Shown one piece after another: positions 7,975 to 12,770 of a DNA stretch of 12,770 nucleotides. The stretch covers positions 1 through 12,770 of the forward strand of contig DXJO01000043.1 of assembly GCA_019057475.1 (NCBI GenBank). Reading direction: 5' to 3'. Position 1 is the first letter of the stretch, and each line of letters begins with the position of its first letter. The stretch comes from Candidatus Thorarchaeota archaeon. Its GTDB lineage: Archaea > Asgardarchaeota > Thorarchaeia > Thorarchaeales > Thorarchaeaceae. Both the position numbers and the translations under genes were made by a program. Below the pieces are notes generated by a model. It was given only the letters and a program-made list of their open reading frames with translations. It was not told the DNA's origin and made no database searches.

Positions 7975-8508
7975 ATGCTTGCCGTCCTCTCCGACCACAA
8001 AGACTCGCTTATCGTAGGTGAAGACTAGATCATCCTCCTTGGTGACTAGAAGAACTTTCTTTTCCTGTTTATCCATACCAAGGAAGATGTTTCCATCTGA
8101 TTCGAGTTTGATGCGATCGTGTTTATCCTTACCGTTTATCGACCCAATCTTGGACTCGATATCATGATGGAATGATTCAACGCTGTCATAGCCGGCTCGC
8201 GCAAGGGTTTCAGATGATCCTGTTCTCGATGCATTATCCAGTTTCACCTTACCAATGTACACTTGGATCCCGCCCAGAGAGCCGACAATGGACTCTCCGA
8301 TTGCGCCCTGGTTTGTTTCAGTTATGGCATCGACAGCGAAATGTGAGGGTCCTGCGAAGGCAACTCCTATTCGCTCGCTGTCTTCTTTCAGGTAGACCCA
8401 GGCACAACCCGGTTCAAGTGTCACAAGCGCCTTCTTGTGGTCGACCAAGTTGGTCTTCGAGGTGGTTTCCATAATTGTCTCGTCAATCTTGATATCCTTC
8501 ATTTTCAC
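7738..8508 (-). CDS. Hypothetical protein (256 aa; beta-rich, with C-terminal G-L-K repeats and acidic tail)
   Basis: Long ORF coupled to the upstream regulator by a GTGA overlap at 8505-8508 (alternative ATG 8502). Coding status is supported by synonymous-biased divergence from the 6321-6542 copy. No family recognised. Confidence 0.85.
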   Translation of the reverse strand: MKMKDIKIDETIMETTSKTNLVDHKKALVTLEPGCAWVYLKEDSERIGVAFAGPSHFAVDAITETNQGAIGESIVGSLGGIQVYIGKVKLDNASRTGSSETLARAGYDSVESFHHDIESKIGSINGKDKHDRIKLESDGNIFLGMDKQEKKVLLVTKEDDLVFTYDKRVFVVGEDGKHVSITKDGVAVIEPDGRSIVIDRDGIRGLDGLEHLANFGDTIASAVYAGMRGLKGLKGLKALKGMNGDWAADFDWDDDE

Positions 8509-9323
8509 TCATCCCCTTCATCATCTGAATCATCTTGTTCAACATCCACGTTGGTGTTAGATCCACCATCTTCATCCTCAAAGGCAACTTCGACTTCGGA
8601 GTCGCCGTTGTTCCCTGTCTTGACGCGCTCACGCTCCACTTGGTTTGTGAGCCATTGAGCAAGGCGATATGCCAAACGTCCTTCAACTGTAACATAGTAC
8701 GTTCCTCTGACCTCTCCCTTGATGACATATCCTGCATCCAGCAAAGGCGTTAGGTGGTGTGTCAGGGAACTACCCGTCTTTCCGGTGTAGGTTTCCATAT
8801 CATTGAATGACTTCCCACCCTCTTTCAGGAAGTCCAGTATCTTCAGCCGCTCCTCACTTCCGAGTGGGCTGATGATTCGAGCCACTCGCCCCGGAGGTAT
8901 CCTCTCGATCTCTCGGTCACGTCGTCTACTTCTTCTCGATCTTCGATCTTTTCTTGCGCGACGGACATAGACCTTCGGAACTTTAACGTGCGCTTCAATA
9001 CCTTCAATCCCTCTCATGGATTCCTCAATCTTTTCACCAAGTCCCTCCATCATGTCAGAGAGACTCTCAGTTAAGGGACGTAGATCGAACATTGGCGGAA
9101 TCGGTGGTTTCGGAATATCGCGTGGATGCATAGGACCACGCTGAGACCGGTGAATCCTCCGCCTGGGGCGATCAGTCTCGCGTTCCCTTATTCCCTCTAT
9201 TTCTCTCTTCAGGGTTTCCTTGAGCTTTCGAACCTCTTCGAGCTCCTTCCTGATTTCGTCAATGCCTTCGGACTCATCTTGAGTCTGGCGTTCATCTTCT
9301 GAATTGTCGTATTCGTAATTCAT
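8505..9323 (-). CDS. ArsR-like winged helix-turn-helix regulator with long N-terminal coiled-coil/low-complexity extension
   Basis: PLGSEERLKILDFLKEGGKSFNDM...TGSSLTHHLTPLLDAGYVIK...GTYYVTVEG is an ArsR/HTH_20-type wHTH. The N-terminus has a heptad-like EIRKELEEVRKLKETLKREIE segment and both termini are acidic. Confidence 0.85.
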   Translation of the reverse strand: MNYEYDNSEDERQTQDESEGIDEIRKELEEVRKLKETLKREIEGIRERETDRPRRRIHRSQRGPMHPRDIPKPPIPPMFDLRPLTESLSDMMEGLGEKIEESMRGIEGIEAHVKVPKVYVRRARKDRRSRRSRRRDREIERIPPGRVARIISPLGSEERLKILDFLKEGGKSFNDMETYTGKTGSSLTHHLTPLLDAGYVIKGEVRGTYYVTVEGRLAYRLAQWLTNQVERERVKTGNNGDSEVEVAFEDEDGGSNTNVDVEQDDSDDEGDE

Positions 9324-9334
9324 TGTAATTCGCT

Positions 9335-9354
9335 AACTGTACATTATTACAGTT
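9335..9354. promoter_or_regulatory. Perfect inverted repeat AACTGTA-N6-TACAGTT, putative operator
   Basis: Lies between the TATA box (9356-9363) and the regulator ATG (9323). An extra half-site TACAGTT sits at 9377-9383. Confidence 0.7.
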
Positions 9355-9355
9355 G

Positions 9356-9370
9356 TATATAAATTTTCGG
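9356..9370 (-). promoter_or_regulatory. Archaeal BRE + TATA promoter of the regulator operon
   Basis: The minus strand reads CCGAAAA-TTTATATA, 32 nt upstream of ATG 9323, a near-consensus BRE/TATA. Confidence 0.8.
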
Positions 9371-9447
9371 TTATACTACAGTTCAAGCACGGTCCTCCGA
9401 GGAGTGTAAGTTTCTCAGAAATCAGCCCTAGGCCATGCAGAATACGG

Positions 9448-9494
9448 TTATTAATAGTTCACGCGGACGCTCAGTTCCTCGATATCTAGAGGAG
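9448..9494 (+). promoter_or_regulatory. Candidate TATA (TTATTAAT) and Shine-Dalgarno (GAGGAG) of the histone gene
   Basis: TTATTAAT at 9448-9455; GAGGAG at 9489-9494, 12 nt before ATG 9507. Confidence 0.55.
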
Positions 9495-9506
9495 TGTACT
9501 AATAAC

Positions 9507-9701
9507 ATGTCTAAGAAGAAATCAAAGACTACGACCTTCTTCGTGAAATCGGCAATGAAAGAATACGCAAAGAAAAAGGGGGCTATGGTTGGCAGCGATT
9601 CCTATGATGCCTTCAACAAAGCGATCGGCAAGATGCTCGATGGCGCAATCGCCCGAACCAAGGCTAACAAGCGAAAGACACTCAAAGCCCAAGACTTCTA
9701 G
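9507..9701 (+). CDS. Histone-fold protein, face-to-face/DUF1931-like class (64 aa), with Lys-rich N-terminal extension
   Basis: MSKKKSKTTT-FFVKSAMKEYAK...MVGSDSYDAFNKAIGKMLDGAIARTKANKRKTLKAQDF carries the RKTxxxxD L2 motif, a VKSxxKE alpha1, RxxxNxRKT, an alpha2 about 4 residues shorter than HMfB, and a truncated alpha3. The SD supports ATG 9507 rather than 9435. Confidence 0.88.
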   Translation: MSKKKSKTTTFFVKSAMKEYAKKKGAMVGSDSYDAFNKAIGKMLDGAIARTKANKRKTLKAQDF

Positions 9702-9722
9702 TCGCGGCTCTAGGTGGAAACT

Positions 9723-9766
9723 TGGGGGCAGCAGTTGTCTGCCGTCCCCACCATTCTCCATTTTTT
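9723..9766 (+). terminator. GC-rich hairpin followed by T6 tract, probable histone terminator
   Basis: TGGG-GGCAG-(cagttgt)-CTGCC-gtc-CCCA at 9723-9750, then TTTTTT at 9761-9766. Confidence 0.55.
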
Positions 9767-9995
9767 GTTGGGTGCATGAAACCCCACAGTATGCTATCTC
9801 TCTGACTGGACCGTTCATTGTGAGTTGTACAAAGTTGGACACCGAAGTCTAGTACGTCCAGAAAACGGCACTGGACTACTCCGTGAGGACCCTTTACAGG
9901 TATGTCATATTCCTCAGAGATCAATGTCGTATTGGCCCATATAAGGCCCACAATGGAATTGTCTAGGTGTATCCAGTTTTACAGCAGCTATTTGC

Positions 9996-10028
9996 AACCC
10001 TCTTGATCTCTGCGATAATCTCAGGCAG
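9996..10028 (-). pseudogene. Remnant second copy of the etfA 3' end (LPEIIAEIKRV)
   Basis: Aligns to EtfA VPAVIEEIKKI (10053-10085) with 5/11 aa identical, 4 conservative and 22/33 nt identical by manual count. Confidence 0.55.
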
Positions 10029-10037
10029 GCTGTAGTT

Positions 10038-11042
10038 CTATCTCTCTGCTTGAATCTTCTTTATCTCCTCAATGACCGCAGGAACAATCTCGAAGATGTC
10101 ACCCACAATCCCAAAGTCAGCATTCTCAAAGATTGGGGCGTCAGGGTCCTTATTGATAGCCACGAAGGTGTCCGCACTACTACAGCCAGCCAAATGCTGG
10201 ATCGCTCCAGAGATTCCTAACGCGAAGTAGAGATTCGGCAAGATTGTCCTACCAGATTGGCCAACCTGTTGTGTCGGAGGTAACCACCCGAGGTCTACGA
10301 TTGGTCGAGAGCCTCCCACAGCTGCATCAAGCAATTTAGCCAGTTCCTCGGGGAGTTTGAGGTTCTCTGGCTCCTTGATACCTCGACCGCTACAGACTAC
10401 GACCTCCGCCTCGTCGACAGAGATCATACCTTCAACTACCTCCTTGACTCTCTCGAGAATCTCTGTCCGGATGTCATCCTGACTTATCAGTGTCTTGACC
10501 TGCTCGATATCGCCAGTTCGCGAGTTATCAGGCTTTGCCGGTTTGAAAACATTAGGCCGGACAGTCGTCATCTGAGGCCTAGTTTCGGGTGATACTAGTT
10601 CAACCATGACCTTTCCACTAAACGCAGGGCGAATCTGCACGAGCTGTTTCTTGTCGTTCAGTTCCAAACCGGTGCAGTCGGCAGTCAAACCAAGCTTCAA
10701 CTTGGCCGCCACGCGTGGAGCCAAATCCCGCCCATTTGTTGTAGCTCCCAGAAAGAGTATCGATGGCTTCCGCTCCTCGATAAGATTGGCCAGAGCCTTG
10801 GAATAGGCATCAGTGGTGTAGTTTGTGAAAACCTCGTCATCTACGACTAGGACTTTATCTGCACCCTGGTAAATCAACCCCTCAGCATGCCGCTCAATGT
10901 CGTTGCCAATTAGAACTGCCACGACCTCCTCACCGAGCTTATCTGCAAAAGTTCGTGCCTTTGTGACCAGCTCAAGAGCAACGCGTTTCAGGCGGCTTTC
11001 ATCGGTCTCACAGTACACCCAAACACCCTTGTGTTCACTCAT
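10038..11042 (-). CDS. etfA: Electron transfer flavoprotein alpha subunit
   Basis: GRDLAPRVAA, GLTADCT, RPAFSG, RPQMTTVRP, and FAD-binding SGRGI...GGSRP...QVGQSG...GISGAIQH...AINKDPDAPIF. Confidence 0.96.
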   Translation of the reverse strand: MSEHKGVWVYCETDESRLKRVALELVTKARTFADKLGEEVVAVLIGNDIERHAEGLIYQGADKVLVVDDEVFTNYTTDAYSKALANLIEERKPSILFLGATTNGRDLAPRVAAKLKLGLTADCTGLELNDKKQLVQIRPAFSGKVMVELVSPETRPQMTTVRPNVFKPAKPDNSRTGDIEQVKTLISQDDIRTEILERVKEVVEGMISVDEAEVVVCSGRGIKEPENLKLPEELAKLLDAAVGGSRPIVDLGWLPPTQQVGQSGRTILPNLYFALGISGAIQHLAGCSSADTFVAINKDPDAPIFENADFGIVGDIFEIVPAVIEEIKKIQAER

Positions 11043-11045
11043 GCT

Positions 11046-11834
11046 CTAGATTGCCCCCTTCTTGGCAAGGAACTCAACAAGTTGCTTTGCTGCTTCCTTG
11101 GGTTCAACGTCTTCCAGCTTTATTCCGCCCTTTCTCTTCTCTGGCGGAAAGACTCGCACTGTCTTTGACAAAGCCCCCGCTCCACCTGTCTGGGTTGCGT
11201 CAAGACCAAGAGTGGCTGCATCTATTGTTTCAAGCGGCTTCTTCTTCGCCTTCATGATTCCCATGATGTTTGGCAGCCGGGGTTCATTCAACCCCTTGGT
11301 AGCTGTCAATAGGACTGGCATCTTGGCTTTAACTACCTCATATCCATCTTCAGTGACTCGATGGGTTATGACATGCTTGCCATCCCCAGCAATCTCTAGG
11401 TGGCGCACACCTGTAATCTGAGGCAAGTCCAACAGCTCCGCAAGCTCTGCGCCCACCTGTCCTAAGTCCCAGTCCATGGATTGTCTGCCACAGATTATCA
11501 GGTCGTACTCCATCTTTCGGATTTGTTCTGCGAGAACAATGGCTGTGGACCAAGAGTCTGCACCCTCGAAGGCAGGGTCGGTCAGGTGGATTGCGCGGTC
11601 GCCACCCATAGCTAAAGCCTTGAGAATCGCGTCACTAGCCTGGGGCGGGCCCATGGTCATTATGATCACTTCGCCCCCCTTCTCTTCTTTCAGCTGAATG
11701 GCCGCTTCCACCGCGAACAAATCAAATGGGTTGAGGATTCGCGGGACGCCGTCGGTATTGAGTGTGTCCGCGGCTTCTTTAATGCGGACCTCGACGGCCT
11801 CAGGTACCTGTTTGATTGGAACGATAATCTTCAT
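11046..11834 (-). CDS. etfB: Electron transfer flavoprotein beta subunit (start likely ATG 11834)
   Basis: MKIIVPIKQVP, LNPFDLFAVEAA, TMGPP, ALAMGGD, GADSWST, CGRQS.D.D.GQVG, NEPRLP. SD-like GGGGTG precedes ATG 11834. Confidence 0.96.
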   Translation of the reverse strand: MKIIVPIKQVPEAVEVRIKEAADTLNTDGVPRILNPFDLFAVEAAIQLKEEKGGEVIIMTMGPPQASDAILKALAMGGDRAIHLTDPAFEGADSWSTAIVLAEQIRKMEYDLIICGRQSMDWDLGQVGAELAELLDLPQITGVRHLEIAGDGKHVITHRVTEDGYEVVKAKMPVLLTATKGLNEPRLPNIMGIMKAKKKPLETIDAATLGLDATQTGGAGALSKTVRVFPPEKRKGGIKLEDVEPKEAAKQLVEFLAKKGAI

Positions 11835-11890
11835 GAATGATACACCCCTGGGTGAACCAGTCCGTTGGCCCGCAGGGGACGTGAGCTCCA

Positions 11891-11949
11891 TTATAAGCAT
11901 TAGGAAAGAAGTTACTGCGAACCCGAAGGTGCTTCGCTAATGCTTTTAT
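11891..11949. promoter_or_regulatory. Symmetric divergent promoter pair (etfB and permease)
   Basis: The minus strand reads CTAATGCTTATAA (11903-11891) and the plus strand CTAATGCTTTTAT (11937-11949): a 9-bp inverted repeat, each arm running into a TATA-like box. Confidence 0.55.
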
Positions 11950-11990
11950 CCCCGTGTAAGACCGTTGTCTAGGAAGGTCGAGAACAAGTC

Positions 11991-12512
11991 ATGGAATCAT
12001 TGCTGATCGTTGGATTAGTTGTGCTCGCGTTCTACGCTTGGAGTGCAAGAAAGGATTGGGAGCGTACAGTGCAGGCTTTCAAGAAATCCGGTCGATTCAT
12101 AGTGAAGTCGTTACCCCTTTTCTTCCTTGCAGTGCTTCTGATAGGATTCATTCAGGTGTTACTTCTGCCTGATGATGAGGCTGTGCTCATGTTCTTTGGA
12201 CAGGCTGAAACGGGTATATTGTGGGCGACTCTGTTTGGATTCTTGCTTCCTGGACCCAGATACGCAATCTATCCGCTTGCAGAAATTATTCTCAATACTG
12301 AAGGAGCAAGTGTAGGGGCGGCCATGGCTTTGATTGCAAGTCAGCAGCTGATTGACGTGCCCGAAGGCTGCTTCATCGAGATTAAGTATCTTGGGACTAA
12401 GTTCTTCCTTGCCAGGCTAGCCATAGCCGTCGTCACTGCAATTGTGGCAGGCTACATGGCCGTATTCGTGCACAGTTTCATCCCCCTCTATATTCCCGAT
12501 GTGACACCATAA
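11991..12512 (+). CDS. Predicted permease, DUF318/ArsP_1-like (short split form)
   Basis: Hydrophobic multi-TM ORF with LPLFFLAVLLIG, G.LLPGPRYAIYPLA, GASVGA and E.KYLG.KF..AR patterns typical of this family. Confidence 0.75.
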   Translation: MESLLIVGLVVLAFYAWSARKDWERTVQAFKKSGRFIVKSLPLFFLAVLLIGFIQVLLLPDDEAVLMFFGQAETGILWATLFGFLLPGPRYAIYPLAEIILNTEGASVGAAMALIASQQLIDVPEGCFIEIKYLGTKFFLARLAIAVVTAIVAGYMAVFVHSFIPLYIPDVTP

Positions 12513-12770
12513 TGAGCGAAGAGTCAGAAAGCCCCGCACGTGCTCTTGAAGATGGGAAGGAGAGATCAGTTCTCAAACGGCATCGAGATGCTATAATGTT
12601 GGAGGGTTTTCTTCTTGTTCTCTTGGCATTCTTCTTCATCGTTGTTTATTTGACACAACCCTCACAAATCCCGTATGCCTTGGATTTCTCTGCGACCAAT
12701 CTGATTGAAACAATACCCATCTTCATCGTCGCCAGTTTCCTTGCAGGATGGGTGGATGCCTGGGTCGACA
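12512..12770 (+). CDS. Second DUF318/ArsP_1-like permease, partial (runs off the window; missing from the ORF track)
   Basis: TAATG stop/start overlap. Translates as MSEESESPARALEDGKERSVLKRHRDAIMLEGFLLVLLAFFFIVVYLTQPSQIPYALDFSATNLIETIPIFIVASFLAGWVDAWVD with no stop, and parallels the N-terminus of the preceding permease. Confidence 0.8.
   Translation, partial: MSEESESPARALEDGKERSVLKRHRDAIMLEGFLLVLLAFFFIVVYLTQPSQIPYALDFSATNLIETIPIFIVASFLAGWVDAWVD

Noticed and set aside
8685-8703. Operator-like AACTGTA-N6-TACGTT inside the regulator gene
   Set aside because: The second half is imperfect and the site lies in the coding wing region, so chance is a sufficient explanation.
9435-9506. 24-aa N-terminal extension of the histone ORF in the ORF track
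   Set aside because: It overlaps the likely TATA and SD of the gene; ATG 9507 fits much better.
9707-9750. Metazoan-type histone 3' stem-loop (GGCTCT after the stop)
   Set aside because: The complementary AGAGCC arm and the T-rich tetraloop are missing. The downstream hairpin is better explained as a terminator.
9702-10037. SRP RNA, RNase P RNA or tRNA in the long intergenic region
   Set aside because: No conserved motifs, cloverleaf or extended GC-rich helices were recognised.
102-11940. Shadow ORFs from the track (e.g. 831-1049, 1313-1573, 3900-4274, 7227-7604, 8172-8474, 9522-9842, 9589-9852, 9682-9951, 11062-11421)
   Set aside because: They are antisense or out-of-frame overlaps of well-supported genes, with no recognisable motifs.

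Overview
This is a gene-dense archaeal chromosomal segment, judged from clear BRE+TATA promoters and a histone-fold gene. The gene style suggests an Asgard archaeon such as Thorarchaeia, but that is an impression and not tested. Left to right: a truncated DinB-like ORF, a Zn-ribbon protein, a TIGR04076-family protein, endonuclease III, a stand-alone flavodoxin, a heterodimeric ABC exporter pair, an atypical NAD(P)-dependent epimerase, a two-gene operon (large ArsR-like wHTH regulator plus an unknown beta-rich protein with a GLKGLK tail) divergent from a short Lys-tailed face-to-face-type histone, etfBA, and two DUF318/ArsP-like permease genes (the second partial). No integrase, transposase, rRNA, tRNA or CRISPR array was recognised. 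Main unexplained signals: (1) a diverged direct repeat of about 320-335 bp brackets the epimerase gene and duplicates the 3' ends of both flanking genes, with mostly synonymous divergence; (2) a second displaced gene 3' end lies in frame right after the etfA amber stop; (3) a roughly 45-aa beta-hairpin repeat is inserted inside an ABC ATPase domain; (4) the histone/regulator locus carries a perfect palindromic operator candidate.
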